This document shows, in pieces, positions 13,303 through 28,520 of a stretch of 64,000 bases of DNA. The notes beneath the pieces are model-generated. The model saw only the letters and a program-made list of their open reading frames with translations. It had not been told where the DNA came from and did no database searches. The position numbers and the translations under genes are program-made. Source of the DNA: Dimorphilus gyrociliatus (lineage: Eukaryota > Animalia > Annelida); contig CAJFCJ010000017.1 in NCBI GenBank assembly GCA_904063045.1, forward strand, positions 496,001 through 560,000. Reading direction: 5' to 3'. Numbering within the stretch: the stretch's first letter is position 1; the number at the start of each line of letters is the position of its first letter.

Positions 13303-14783
13303 TTTCTTTATAGGCATTCTCTTTAGATCTAAATACGATTCATACTGTACCCATATACATATATATATATATACTGTATAAACCTTCGTGTACAAACTCT
13401 AATTGAAACGAAATACTCATTTTTATCTATGTTGTTTCTTTTTGATAATTGACATCTTTCCAAGTATAAATGCAACAAGAAGACAATATTTTAACAAAGT
13501 ACTAAACGAGGATAACAGCTTCTATATATGTATATATGTACTGTTTGTACTGTATTAATACAGTATATCACAAACGTGACCTTTATTACTTAATACCTTT
13601 TCTTTTTTACTATCATTATTGTTTGTTATAAATTACAGATATAACTCTTTTACATGATTTATCAATCATTTTCAAATGTTTCGTACAAATACATTTCAGT
13701 TATGATATCATTACATATAGTCTATTATTTAAGAATATACGTGTTTATTAAAATAGCCGATAGATGGGGCCATTAGCCCCACAAGTTATATATATACTAT
13801 ATATTCCATTATAAGTTTGTTTATGTATTAAAATATATTGAAATTATTATTTAATTTATATGTTTAATTAAAAAAATGTTGATTTCTGTAAAAATTTAAT
13901 AAAACCTGTCTGAAAAAAATCAAGTAATATTTAAATTAATTAGTGTTTTCTATCAAAAAAGTGAATGATTTATAGAAGAGGAAATGGAAAATGGGTGTAG
14001 AAAGGAACAAGGTAGAACTTGAGAAGAAGAAAGAAGATATATATATATATATATATAAATTAATGAATACGAAAAGAGAATGAAAGAAATTATATATCTT
14101 ATTGATTATTGATTGATACATTGATAAAGGTTACATTGATTTCATATACTTAATTACATCAGGAAGGTGATTATTTCCATTGGATTATCTTAATTTAATA
14201 GTCTCTGTTATCGATAAGGCCTTGTCTTTCTACAAGATTAAGAAAAAGCTAGCTATTTGATCTGGAGAAAAAAGAGTCTTTTTAATAAAAGTATTAAGAG
14301 GAAATGAGAAAAAAACCTATATTTATCATATATTATTATTATATGTATATGTAGTGTAGAGTAGTAGTTCTCCCCTCCTGGACAGAAATTCAATGGGGGT
14401 TGGGAAGGAGGGAAAGGCAATTGAAACGCCAAGAAAAGAAAAAACTATACCACTTCGAACGAGTTGTTTTGTTAATTTAAACCGATCTCACTAAAATAGG
14501 GTTAGGAAATGGTATTTATACAAACCATATACGAAAGTATATGTAACTGTTTAATATTATTAATAAATCTACCAAATCGGTTACTAAAAATACACTAATA
14601 AATATAAGAAAACTTAAATCTTCTCCCTTTCTATCCTCAACTCCCTACTTACTGTAAATACGAATTGATAACTATAGAAAAAAGGTTTACAATCGCTTAC
14701 CTAACGCCTAAAAGAGACGCTGGGTGGCGTTTTGTCAGCACTGCAAAAAAATACGACTGTTAGGCAATAGTCTAGCGCAAAGA

Positions 14784-16114
14784 ATGAAGAAGACTGTTAG
14801 TCTGGCGATTTTTCTGCTAAAGTTACATTTTTGTCAAGCTATTAAATTGCAAGGTGTTTTACAAGAAAGACCAGATATTTGGACCAGTTTTCCACATAAG
14901 CCTAATACTTTATTACTTGGTTATATAACTGGAAGTAAAAATGCACCAAACAAGCCGAAAATGTATTATAAACCTGGATCAGCTATGTCCGGAGCAATTA
15001 CAATAGCTGTCGAAGAAATAAATAGACAATTCAAACTTTTACCTAACCATAGTCTGGATTTTTGCATAGGAGAAACCTATGGTATAGAGAGGATGAGTAT
15101 TAGACATACTGCAAATTTTAGTATGAATGGTATAGATGCTATTATTGGTCCTCAGGAAACATGTGAGCACGAAGGAAGAATAGCTGAAGCATTTAACGTG
15201 CCAATGATTTCTTACGTAAGTACAAAAGAAGTTTTACAAATTATTATAAATTATTAAATAGATAAGGTTTATCCCATGTTTTTGTGGATGAATTTTAAGC
15301 TTAAAAAGCGTCTTTCTTCTATTATTTATGAAAGAAATTTAATAAGTAAAGATGATTTGAGAAACTTTCTTAATTATATTATTAAAAAAAATGAAGAAAG
15401 GTTACTTTCATTTTTTCAAATTAGGCTAAAAATTACTCCATTTACACTGGCAAAATAAAAGTAGTTAATTAATCCGACAAATTAAATACTTATATGGAAA
15501 AAAGGCGGCAAGAAAAACTTTTGGTAAGGTCGTAAAATCTATTTGAAGTTACTACTCTAAAAGTAAAGTACTTCTGACCAAATAAAGAGATTTAACTAAT
15601 TTCTTCTCTTTCCCTTTTACTTTTACTATCTCAATCTCATTTATCTACTTGAACAGATACCTAATAAATATCTATTTTACTTTGTTGCTATTATTACTTA
15701 ACCTTTTACGAATCGTATATAATCTCTGAATCGAAAAGCAATTATAAGATTCCGACATATAAATAAAGGCAAGCAGTAACCAATCAAACAAGGTGAAATG
15801 CTAGAAGCACTTGAAGTTTATTCACAAAAATTTGCTACTCTAGATCTATTGTAGGTAGAAAATGCAAAAAAAGAATCAAAGAGAGAGAGAGAGAGTGATA
15901 GAAGAGTGATAGAAATAACACTACTATTACTACTACTCTTACTTTTCCCTCTTCACTTCTTGCTCATTTTCATTCTTTATCTGACTTACAACTACAATAG
16001 ATAGTATTTTATGCATAAGCATCTTTAACTGTAATTCCCTATCTCTCGCTCTCTCTCTCTCTCTCCCTCTTCCCCGCATACATCCACAAATTCATACATA
16101 TATACATATACACA

Positions 16115-16153
<39 letters not shown>

Positions 16154-19100
16154 GCGTTTATTTATATTTATAGCTCATTTGCATGACATAATCTGCTATG
16201 GTCAATATACAGTTAATAAAGTTTTATAAAAAGAAATTAGGCCTATAATAACACTTGAAATAAATTTATTAATTTCTTTCGTGCATCGAATATACCCGGA
16301 AACAAGCTTAGAAAAGAGTTTCTCGTTCATTTAAATGTCAAATTTTTGTGTAGATTATTTTCTCAATTTATGAATATAAATTACTATTTTCGTACGAGAC
16401 TTTTTGTCGTATTAAAAGTTAATGAATTCCATAAATATGCAGACAATATACAGTATATAAATTTATATATATATATATGACTAATTTAAGAAACAGGCTG
16501 CTTGTTGATTAATACGGCTAAGGATTTGGGTATTTTTAACTTACGGTATAATGCCCACTTATTCTACTTTCAGCTTTTATAGAAATAATGACCAGTTTGA
16601 GTAAATCAATCTCTACTTCTCTTCCTTCCTCTTTTTTATTCTTCCTTTCTATCCCTCCTTTTTTATTATTTTTAAGAGATCGGATTTACGGATATTGCTT
16701 TATTATATGTATTTTTCCAATTTTTCATTGAATCATACCTTTCACCCTTGTCACTCTGTTCTCAAAGGCATATTATATACCTTAGATAGTCTTTCCATTA
16801 GTTTGTTTCACTTAAAGATTAAGGATGTTAGGATGTTTGCCCTTTTCTTTTCACTTGATAAAATGATAGTAGTATTTAATCTTTTTATTCTATTTTCTTG
16901 CTTTTTGTTTAATAAAAAAAACCTTAATTTTTAATCTTACTTGCTCTCTTCATTGTCTATTGCTCATTACTTGTATTTAACCTTGATAGGCCTAGGTATT
17001 TGTCTTTATAGCGTGACATATGCCAAGCATCTTGGTTTTGATTTACAAATGCCGTTAGGCATTCTCTTATAAAAAATTTGTGGGTCGATTACGTTGTGTT
17101 GAGTAGTTGTTTGAAGTGTTAACTCAATTGAAATGGAAAGAAACGAGTGATAAAAAAAACTAATATAGCGTCACTGGGATTCTATCTAAGAATTGAGCTG
17201 ATTATGACACGTACTAAGTTGAACGGACGTTATTCGTTCCGTTCGAGAAATAAAACGCACCCAAGCAAGTCCTACTTATTAATTACCCAAGCACTTATCG
17301 GAGTGCCGACAAAATTAGCCTGTGGGGTTTCGTCTGTGCTTGAAAGTTAGGTCGACCGAGAAATGATGCTGTATATTTATATATACATATATATCAAATA
17401 TATACGTATATACAACTCTCATAAATTCTATTCTATTTGCACAAAAAGTTATCTTTCTCTCTTTTCTTGTATATGCAAAATGTCTATGAATAATTATCCA
17501 TATTTATCCTCCCAAGTTCCTTCTTCTTTGTTCTTTTTCATCTTTTTTTACCTATTCTAAAACTGCCCATCAAAGGCAATAACTCTTTGATTCATCCATT
17601 CAACCTATAGAGAAGAATTTCTCAACAAGTTTAAATAGTCTAGCGTCTCTTTTTCATATATAGTTTTTGTGAATACAGAATGTATCTACAGTATATCTAT
17701 CTATGAATGTTATATTAATAAATATACCATCCCACATATTATTCAATTGGCTAATTAAAACTTTATATCGTTTTCATTGCAGTTTTGCACTCAAGTAAAA
17801 GCTGGAGGTTATAATACCTTTGCAAGAACAAAACATACAAACTCAAAAATTGGAGGAGCAGTTGTTAGTTTCTTGCTACAGCACAATTGGAGAAAAGTTG
17901 CTATTTTATATGGCGAGGATAAGAGTAAAATGAATTCTCGGGTTGTTGAAAGAATCATTAAACTGATGGAGAAGAATGGAATAAAAATTATTGAAAGAGG
18001 ATCATATCCTTCGCCATTTTTTTATCGAATAAGAAAAACTGATCAGGATGATAATAAATATAATCCCTTTCTAAAGTTTGTACACGATACATTCTTAAGG
18101 GCTAGAAGTTAGTTTACCATTTCTTTCATTTATTCATTCTTAACAGTGTCTTACTAGGCACCTCTTCCATCACCGTAACCCACACACCATCCTACCTCTC
18201 AATCTCCTCACTCCGATCCTATCCCCCATTATATCCTAAGCTATAAGAAAATTCTTTTTCTAAGCCAAATAAACAATGACGTTTAACCTTTCATCTCATC
18301 TTCTTCACGCCATATTTTCACTAACGTAAAATTTCCTTATGATTAAATCAAATTTCCCAGCGAATGACAAGTAGATTAGATTCAGGATAATTAACGGATT
18401 GTCCTGTCATATACAGTGGATTTAGGGAACTAAACCTTTCGCTTTTTCTAATTCATTTAATCAGTATAGATTAATAGTGTTTTTCTCTTTTCTTGAAATA
18501 ATAAGAAGGGCATTCCTTCATAAATGGTATTTTTATAATTGATAGTGGCTGTTCACAATACACTACCCTTATGACCCTGTTGAACCTAAATTGTCTTTGC
18601 ATGATATGGCATACAGATATACACTGTGTACAGTAAATAGAAAATATAGATTGCAGTCTTTCAAATGTTTATATCCTCTTTTATCTTATCGCAGTATATG
18701 TTATGTACGGTTTACCCTATGAATTTATGGCTTTAACTATGGCGCTATATACAAAAGGCTTGGCTGATACTGGAGAATACTTTGTTGTTGGTGTTACTGA
18801 TAAGGATTTGCATACTACAGATCCAACAGCATACTTTGAGGGTGTAATTAATTCCCCTCGAGATTTCAATATCATAAAATCTTATCGGATATTTGCTGGT
18901 ATCGCTCCTGCCGCTCCAACACGCTGGAATGAATTTCAAGGAAGAGTCAACGCTTATTTAAAAACTTATCCATTCAACTATTCAACAGTTTGTATTGAAT
19001 CATAATATTAAAAGTTACATATCTTTTCATTCATTAACGAATAATATAAATAAGGGAATAGGGAGTTATCATATACAATAATTACTATTTACTGTATAAT

Positions 19101-20674
19101 TTTCATGAACATTTCTCTTCCTTTCCAACTAGTTCCACGAAATAGTTTGTAAATTTCTAAGAATATTAAGTTGAAGTAATATAGATTTTATTAATTGTCT
19201 ATAATTAAATTCTTAAGAAAATGTATTTCTACTGCAATTTTCAATTCCGCCTCTTTAATAAAATAGTAATTTCTTTTATGTAAATAGCGACTAACCACTA
19301 GTAGTCTGTCATTTGTCAATCTTTCCTGTTTTTTCTTAAGGAGGATGGTTAATTGGCCTATTAAGGGAAGAGGAAGCTTCCTTAAAAACTCTTTCAATCG
19401 ACTTCCTCCTAGTTTTTTTATTTTTCTTTTTCCTATCTTTATCTTTAAGATTTTTAGTATTATGATTCGATATGTCCAACAGCAACAGAATAATCGACAA
19501 AAACAGGTAAAAAAAACAAACCTACTCCACATTCTATTCAACGCTTCACTAAGTTAATATGTCGAGACAATTTTCCGACTACAGATTCCAACAGAAGCCG
19601 CCTACTTGTACGACGCCGTTAAACTGTATGCTATTGCCGCTGATGCATTAATAAAAACTGGATATCCTCCAAATAATGGAGCAGAAATCAAAAATTTCCT
19701 TAGAAATTATACAATTAAAAGTAAAAATGGTCATCTATTAAAATTAGATGAGAATGCTAGCGCAGGAGGAAATTTTACCGTTATTACTAGGCATTGCACA
19801 AATTTAAGAGACTCTGAGGATGAGGAATGCCAAAACTATACAATGATACCAATTGGAAACTTCAGGCTCAGTGATTCCGAAATTCCAGTAAGTAAACGGG
19901 AAAACCCTGTTTTGATTTTAAATTTAACTTACAGTTGATAGTATTTTATCATATAGGCTTATATAACTGGAATTTTTTATTATTAGAATGATAAATTAAT
20001 GAAGTTTTCTTAATAATAATTATTATTAGTTAACTTTTTTTTTTTAAAAAAAAATCATTTCCTCCTCCTTCTTCTTCTTCTTCTTCTTCTTCTTTTTCTT
20101 CTTTTAATTTAGGTGAAAATAAAGGCTGACTATATGTAAATTAACATTTTTAAAGCTAAATTGAGTAGTTGGTTAAAATCTAATTCAACGAACAAGTAAC
20201 AAGCTGTTACCTTGGTATAAGACTCTTTAGAGCTCGTGCTCTACAATTAAACGTTTAATATTTTTTATATTTCATTTAGAATAGTAAGATGAATAGAATT
20301 GATAACAGTAAAAAGAAATAGGTGCGTAACAAGAGAGAGAGAGAGAGAGGGGCGGGGCAGTGGGGGAGGGAGGGTTTTAATAGAAAGAGAAAAAATGAAA
20401 AAGACTAAGAGAACAAAATCAAAGAGCGACGATGACTATTCATGTTAACCTTCCTTGAACTATGTATTGTATATTCAGGTACTGTGTACGTGCTTAGAAT
20501 AAGGCAAAATAACGTCTTTTCTATTTTACGGTTTGCAATAGACGCCTATAAGCCTTATGTTTTTATCTCCATTAGAGACTAAAATATCAGGGTAGAAAAT
20601 TTAAAAGCTGTAATTTTTCTCCGCTTTATATCCCTTTTTAAAAACATAGCTCTACATCATTTCTTCTTCTTTTT

Positions 20675-20711
<37 letters not shown>

Positions 20712-22429
20712 GGTAATTGTATATTATATCTCTCCTTTACATATTTCTTTACATATAGAGAGAGAAAGATGTCAATTTTTTTTTATCTTGAACTTGTTCT
20801 CATTAATCGAAAAATTCAAAGAAATAAGAATGAAATAATAAATTTCTCTTTTCTCTCTCTTTTCTTTTTTATTAATTGATTGAATTATAATATGGGTGCT
20901 CATACAAATATAAAAGATATAATAGCTATATATATATATATATATCCTGTATATATATATATATATATATCCTGTATATATATATATATATATATATAAT
21001 TTAAGGTCTTTGAACTAATTTAAAAACTGCCATTTTTTTTCCTACCACCTTCTCTCACCTATAGAGTACTTAAAAACGAATAGCTCATTGATAGCTTTCA
21101 ACCTCTAGATTAGCAATTCTCTACCTGTTGTTAAAGGACTTGAAAGGGATTTATAACATAAATCTTTTTTATCTTATTAATATATTACTTTTGAAGATTG
21201 AATAATTTTACGGTTAAGATCGTTTTACTGATATTTTCGAGATGAGAAATCATAGGAAGAGTAAAAACTTGTCAAATCGAATCGTGAACATAGATCGTGT
21301 ACTTCTTTCTGCTAGCTGAAGGTGATAATTACGTGGCAGAAAAGGGAAGCTAATTGGGTTGCGAACGACACGTGCTAACGGCAGATGAAATTAACTCGTA
21401 TCTGAAGGCCAATAAATTTAGTAACGATGTATAGACTGACCAGAGAAAATTGTACTAATTAATTCAGTATTGTACTCTCAACATTAAACAGTAGACATAA
21501 AACACTAATTGAACGTTTAGGATACTCGATTGTACCATGTAGACCAATCACCTAGGTCCTTAATCTATAAAACTGTAATGAATATATATTATACGTTTTA
21601 TTATTAAAATTTTATTATTATTTATTTAAAACAGGATTTCATGTTATATAATGGATCGAAGATTAATTGGATAAGGGGAAGGCAACCAAGAGATGAGCCA
21701 AAATGTGGTTTCGACTTTCAGAAATGTAGAAATGACTCTACAAAACTCGAATATATTTTAGGAGGTGTTGCTGGAGGTGTCGCTCTAATTAGCTCCTTTT
21801 TTGCTTATTTCCTGTACAAGTAATTAAGCGTTAATTTCTAATTGGAAAAATTATTGCATTAACATTATTGGATAAGTCTAAGCGTACTGACATGAACAGG
21901 CTGTCTTTCGGATCTGTCATTAACAAATAAGGGAAAGAATATCATGCCTTTTAAACGCCTTTTCCTACTTTTGCGTCACTTTGACATTTTAACTTATCAA
22001 TTTCATTTATAAAAAAAAATAGCAATATTTTAGTATAAGATGATAAAATTCTAAAGAAATTATCTAAATCTAATGAAATAACATATTTTTTTCGCTGTAT
22101 AGGCTAAAAAAACAAATATCAAAATCATTCTTTTTGCTTACGTCACAAACATCAGTTTATCTTTTATCAATTTTAATGGAAAGGCTTCACACAGTCTGCC
22201 ATAAAAGAGACAATTCTATTTTACTCTATTTCTAGTATTGTTTTTAAAGAAACAAAACGATGAGAGACTTTGCCTTTTTTCTCCCTATACATTTGTTTAT
22301 TATATGAGTATATATTTACAATATATAGCGGGAGAAGAGGCGTAATGAACAATGTCAGACGTTATATTCAGTAGGGCTATTGGAGTGAAAGAAAGTGTCT
22401 TTTTACTGGAATCTTCTCTCCATAAACGA

Positions 22430-22475
<46 letters not shown>

Positions 22476-25071
22476 TATGGTTATATTTAGGTCGTTTTAA
22501 GAGAAAGAGAAGAAAAGATTTATGGGAGATTATACCGGGAGGGGATGAGGGGATAGGCGCTAATTGCACAAAGAAAAATGTACCAGACAGACGATACAAC
22601 ATAAAAGTTAGAATAATAAGAATGACTTTTAATAAGCATATTTAACTATATTTTTTTCTCTTTTCAAATCTTTTCTTCTTTCTTTCTTTCTTTCTTTTTT
22701 TTTCTTTTACTTTTTTAATATGATTTTTTAATTTATTAAGAAATTTTGTTACTTTTTGTTTTTTTAAAAAAAAATTATTCTCAGTTTTATTTTATTGTAG
22801 AAAAAGAAGATACGAAAAGGAGCTTGAAAGTTTACTATGGAAAATTGATATAAAGGAGGTAACTAAGAGAATGGAAAATTTCTGCCAGAATAACAAGGTT
22901 TGTTTTTTTATATTTACAGTTTCTTTAGAACAAATGCACATATATATATATTTATTTAGCACTGGAAAAGTAGCGTTACTTCACTAACTTCCGCTCTAAG
23001 TTTTGAAATGCGTCAAGTATTTACCGAAGTCGGTAAATACAAGGGAACAATTGTTGCTATAAAGAAAATAAATAAAAGATGCGTTGATTTGACAAGAAAC
23101 GTTAGAAAAGAATTAAAAGCAATGAGAGATCTTCGACACGATAACATTAATCCTTTTATTGGAGCGAATGCTGATCCTGGAAATGTTTTCGTCTTTACGG
23201 AATATTGTACAAGAGGAAGCCTTCAGGACATATTGGCTAACGAAGATGTTAAACTAGATCAAATTATTATTGCTTCTTTAGTTTTTGATATAATTAAGGT
23301 ATATATCAAGTTACAAATTATCTGAAACATTTTATACCTTCTGAAACTATATACACATATTTATATATAGGAAATGTATAAAGTATCTTATAATGTATAT
23401 AGTACATACAATATAAAATATTTATACATATCGTACAGGAGATGTTAAATAATTTGCACGTTATAGGCTTTATGCGTAATCAGCTTTTATTATTTAATAT
23501 ACAGGGAATAATATATCTTCACGATTCTGAGATTAAAAGTCACGGCAAGTTAAAGACTTCAAATTGTTTGGTTGATAGTAGATGGGTTGTTAAATTAACG
23601 GATTTTGGTTTATGGGATTTTAAGAAATGTGATGAAGATGAAAGAGAACATTCCTATTACGAAGGTCTTCTATATACAGCACCAGAACTAATTGGTGATC
23701 AGAGTAGACAAAGTCATGGAACTCAAAAGGGAGATTCTTACTCATTTGCAATTGTTTTATACGAAATTTATGGTCGCCGAGGTCCATTCGGAGATGTAGA
23801 ACTCTCTGCCAAGGAGATTGTCGATCTCGTCGGAAATGTTAATAACTATTACCTTCCCTATAGGCCAAAACTAGCAGATATAAATCTTGCGCCAATCTAT
23901 GTAACCGAATGTATAAACGATTGTTGGCAACAAGAACCAAGCGCAAGGCCAGATTTTAAACAAATAAAATCAAGATTGAAACCCTTACAACAGGGTCTTA
24001 AATCAAATATCTTTGATAATATAATGACAATTATGGAAAAATACGCAACAAATTTAGAGGAGATTGTTGACGAGAGAACGGAATTGCTAAAAGAAGAGAA
24101 GAAGAAAACTGAAGAGTTGCTCCATCAAATGCTTCCACCTTCCGTTGCCGAACAATTAAAAAGAGGGAAAAGGGTTGAGGCAGAGACTTTTGATTCAGTT
24201 ACAATTTATTTTTCTGATATTTGCGGTTTTACTGTTTTATCTTCCCAAAGCAGCCCAATGCAAATTGTAGATCTTCTTAATGATTTATATACTCTTTTTG
24301 ACTCAATTTTAGAAAATTACGATGTTTATAAGGTTGAAACTATTGGAGATGCTTATATGGTTGTTTCAGGCTTACCTAAGAGAGTCAATAACTATAAGCA
24401 CGTTAGTGAGATTGCCTCTATGTCTCTAAGACTCTTAAGTGCAATTAAAACTTTTAAAGTTAAACATAGACCAGCCGATACAATAAAATTAAGGATAGGA
24501 TTACACTCTGGACCAGTTGTTGCCGGTGTTGTAGGTCTAAAAATGCCCAGATACTGTTTGTAAGTAGACTAATATTCTCATTCGTTCTTCTTTTCAAAAT
24601 GTATTAATTACATAACCTAGATTTGGGGATACCGTCAACACTGCTTCAAGAATGGAAAGTAGTGGAGAACCTTTAAAAATTCATTGCTCAGAAACTTGCC
24701 ACGAACTTTTAAAAATTGTTGGCGGTTTCCGTTGCGAAGAACGAGGTATGATCAACGTTAAGGGAAAGGGAGATATGACAACATATTGGTTGAAAGACGA
24801 AGATGACGAATCGAAGCAGAGACGCCTTGTTGAAGAAGAGGATAGACGTGCTAAAAAACTCAAATCTTCCATTAGAAATTCAAGAAAAACACCAAGATCT
24901 CCCTACAAGAGATCACCGTCGCCTCCATTAAGTGACGACGAACAATGTGGTAAATACTTAAACGTCCTAGATGAATATAAACCAATAAATAAAGCTCTGG
25001 AAACTGAAGTTCTATTGAAGAATGATTCAAAACAAGTGAGCGTTAAAATTATTGGTGAAACCAAACTTTAA
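14784..25071 (+). CDS. Receptor-type guanylate cyclase, Gyc32E-like (ANF-receptor ectodomain, TM, pseudokinase, cyclase; ~1159 aa)
   Basis: Nine exons: 14784-15215, 17783-18107, 18695-18987, 19585-19887, 21635-21819, 22801-22897, 22960-23298, 23505-24559, 24621-25071. Contains IGPQETC.HE...[11 protein letters not shown], the HGKLKTSNC pseudokinase motif, [11 protein letters not shown] and [19 protein letters not shown] (GTP-specifying Glu and Cys present). Confidence 0.95.
20927..20998. repeat. (TA)n tract interrupted twice by TCCTG
   Basis: TCCTG at 20945 and 20970 inside TA runs. Confidence 0.9.
22434..22471. repeat. (TA)n microsatellite
   Basis: Directly visible; it produces the YIYIYI ORFs in the ORF track. 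Confidence 0.95.
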
Positions 25072-28000
25072 ACTCAAATTTCCTTGAATTTATAAGTTTA
25101 GTGAGAGAAAAGAAACGGAATTTTAATTCAAGTTTGTTTTTTTTTTTTAAAAAAAAAAGAATCCCAAAAATTTTTTTCGAATGCATACAAAAGAAGAAAG
25201 GAAAAGAAAAAAGAAAGAAAAATAAAGTGTATTCTCTCTTTGTTTTTGATGAATAATCATAATGTTCTATGTTACTTTAGGTTGAAAATAAAATCATATT
25301 TATACAAAGAGAGTTTTCTATCTCTTAAAAAAGACTATTTATTGATTTTACTGGTATATTAGAAAGTAAAGTCAGTCTATATTTATATATATAGTATACT
25401 ATTTATCTTATAATGTACTATACTCAATGATTATCGTCTTTATATTTTCTTACAAGTATACAATTCGTGAATCTTTTTCTTCTTCTCCTTCTTCTTTTCC
25501 TTCTTTGCCCATTCTCCTTTTACTAACAACCCTGACAGAGTATGATACATTTAACATTCATAATTTTTATGATCAAGGAAATTGAGCTCGAATAAGAAGA
25601 TTGTCTTCCATATCTCCTTGCTCTTTACATTACTAAGATACACATATAGTTCCATAGATAGACAATATCATCACCCTCCTTTTCGAATAACCATATCTAA
25701 ATAAAAAGCTTGATTATATTTAATTACTTATTTTGCAGGGTAAACGAAGGCCAAAAAGAGGAAATAATAAGATGTAAATATAATAGCATCTTATTACTAA
25801 TTGTACTCTTTTTATTGTTTTTACTTGTTTTTAAACTAAACAATATATTTACAAACCAGGTATAGTTTCTCTTATATTTGAAATAATTTGTTATAATCGC
25901 CATTCTAATTATCATTATCATCGTTATTATAATAATTTATTCCTTATTCAGATAACATTTAAAAAAATGGGGAACCGACAAAAATATTCATCAGTTTATG
26001 GTACAAAAACTAGGCTAAACCGTCATTTGTTTCAAACAAAGGAGTAGATACTAATATCTTATTAATATCTTTACAGTCTACAGTCTGATGTACTTTTTCA
26101 CTTTCCCCTCTCATTATGATTGGCACGTGTTTAATAGCTTCAAATGATCAGTAAAGGGCTAACATAGTATATTAATAGCTGTCAGTTTTAGCTTGTTTCT
26201 CATCAAACTAACTCATATTCTATTTCATTCTTCAATCGGTTAATAATTTCTTCCAAAAGAATTGCATCCTTGTAGTCATGGCAATTTCCACCAGTTGTTG
26301 TTGTTGTTGTAGCTTATAGCCTATATATATATATATATATTTGTGTATATGTGTGTTTATATAATATGTAGATATATTAAACAAATCTATATATTTACTT
26401 TTTTAATCATGTATTTTGTTATTTATTTTTAAAGGGAAAATAAAATACAATTTACCTTTTGTATTTCTAAAAATAGAAATGTTAAAGAGGTAAGAGAGAG
26501 AGAGAGAGAGAGAAAGAAGGAGGCGGGGGGCGGAAGAAGGGAGAAAAAGATGTGGATAAGGAAAGAAGTAAACTTCTTAAGCGCGATATTCATCTTCACT
26601 ATTCACTTAATGTTCCCTTTTCATAATCAACTGTTTCAATATTTTAATGTACAGTACTTTTATATATTATGATACAATTAGCGATAGGTCGCCTAAAATT
26701 TCTCCTTAGTAAATAATCAGAGAAATTCTGAAGACCTTGCACAGTTTGCCCATGGACTTATTATTGAACCGTTGCAAATTACAACTATTCTACAGTATTT
26801 TCCCGAAAATGTATGAAGTTTTCAAGGACGTTTCTTATACTATTCTTGAAAATATACCGTAATCTATTAAGATTGTTTCTAGTCTTAAATTATAGAATAT
26901 AGTTATAAGGTAAAATACCAAAGGTAACATTTTACCTATTATTTTAATATTAAACTAAAAAAAAAGACTGTAAAACATTTTAGATGATTTAATATAACTT
27001 TTAAGGAGAAAATTTTATAGGTTAATAGTCTACTATAATCTATTCTTGTACTCCTATTCGCTTCTTTCTCTTTAAACAATTTAAAAATACTTGGCCTTAC
27101 TTATTTCCCATTCTTTAGTATATAGCTGAAAAGCTAGGACGATAGTAAACATGAAACTAAAGTATTGATGCTAATTACATCAAATTACTAACAAAAATTT
27201 GATCAATGCCGAAGTTTTACGTTTCCTTTAAATTAGTAGTTTGTATTATTAGGATAGTCTTGTAATTTTGTTTCTTATTTGCTAAGAAATATTTATTTAC
27301 AACAGCAAAAACAAAAATAAACGAAACTAGACCATCAACACTAAAAACAAAAAGCAACTAATATATCGATAATAAACGTAAAACGTGACAAATAGATTAC
27401 TAAAAAGTCACATTGGAAAAGAGTATTCTGTAGATTTTTAACGGTTTACTAGTAATAATCTATTTCAATATAACATAAGAAAGTTATTAATGAATAAGTA
27501 AATAAATAAATGGAAAAAACTGCATTAGATAAAATAAATTATGTCTAAAAATGAGGACATTCATATTACCAATATAAAATTTATAAGGTGGAAATGAAGA
27601 GGAAAAAAGTATAATGTATAAAACTTATTTACGTTTCCTTTACTTGAAATCCTATTCATTCAAATAAAGAAAGAAAAGATAGATATTCTTCTATCCTTAT
27701 ATAAAAAGTTGTAAGGCTAACTGTATCTTTCCTAACGGATGAAGTACTGTAATTAAATTTCCTATGCTCTTCTCTATTGTCTTACAATATAGTATCAATT
27801 TTCTTAGAGATTATCCTAGTTTAATTTATCATTCATTCATTTTTCTTCCCCTACTTGCAATTATCATTCAATTCTATAATCTTATAAAGAAGGAAGAAGA
27901 AAATGTTTCAGATAAAGGAAAAGTATATGAAAATTCAATGCTGTTGTAAATAGATTGTCTATTATTTAACAATATTTATACAAACTAAACAGACAAGAGA

Positions 28001-28520
28001 GAGGATGAGATAGAGAGAAAGAGACAGAGATAGAGACGGAGAGAGAGAGAGAGAGAGAGACAAAAAAAAAAGAAAGAGAGAAAGAAAGTAGTTGAAAATT
28101 GATAGATAAAACCTTAGAAAAAATATCTAATATAAAAAAACCCGAACACAGTAGAATAAGCCTTTTAGCGGATGTAAGAGTTTATTAATAGTTTGCTTAT
28201 ATCCTTTAAAAAGGAATAGATTTTCTAAACATTTTTACCTTTATAGATTAAATAAAAAGAAATAAGCGAAGTTATTCAATGAAATTTAACTAGTTTATAA
28301 TAATAATCAACTAATCAATCAATATTTCGTATTTATAAATAATTCCGTATAATTAATAAGATTCTTAAAGAGATTTGTTTGTTGTTTTTCAAAAAAAACA
28401 AAAAATATTTCTTTTATATTCAAAATACGATGTTTATTTACAAATTTTCATTTAAATGTATCAATATATACGCTTTATGCTCAACAAAATTGACTTTTTT
28501 TATTGATTAATTTCTTTCTA

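Noticed and set aside
17221-17244. Hairpin GAACGGA...TCCGTTC in a guanylate cyclase intron
   Set aside because: The stem is too short for a pre-miRNA and matches no miRNA seed I recognise.
22300-22645. Overlapping ~100-aa ORFs on both strands
   Set aside because: Artefacts of the (TA)n microsatellite and AT-rich intron sequence.
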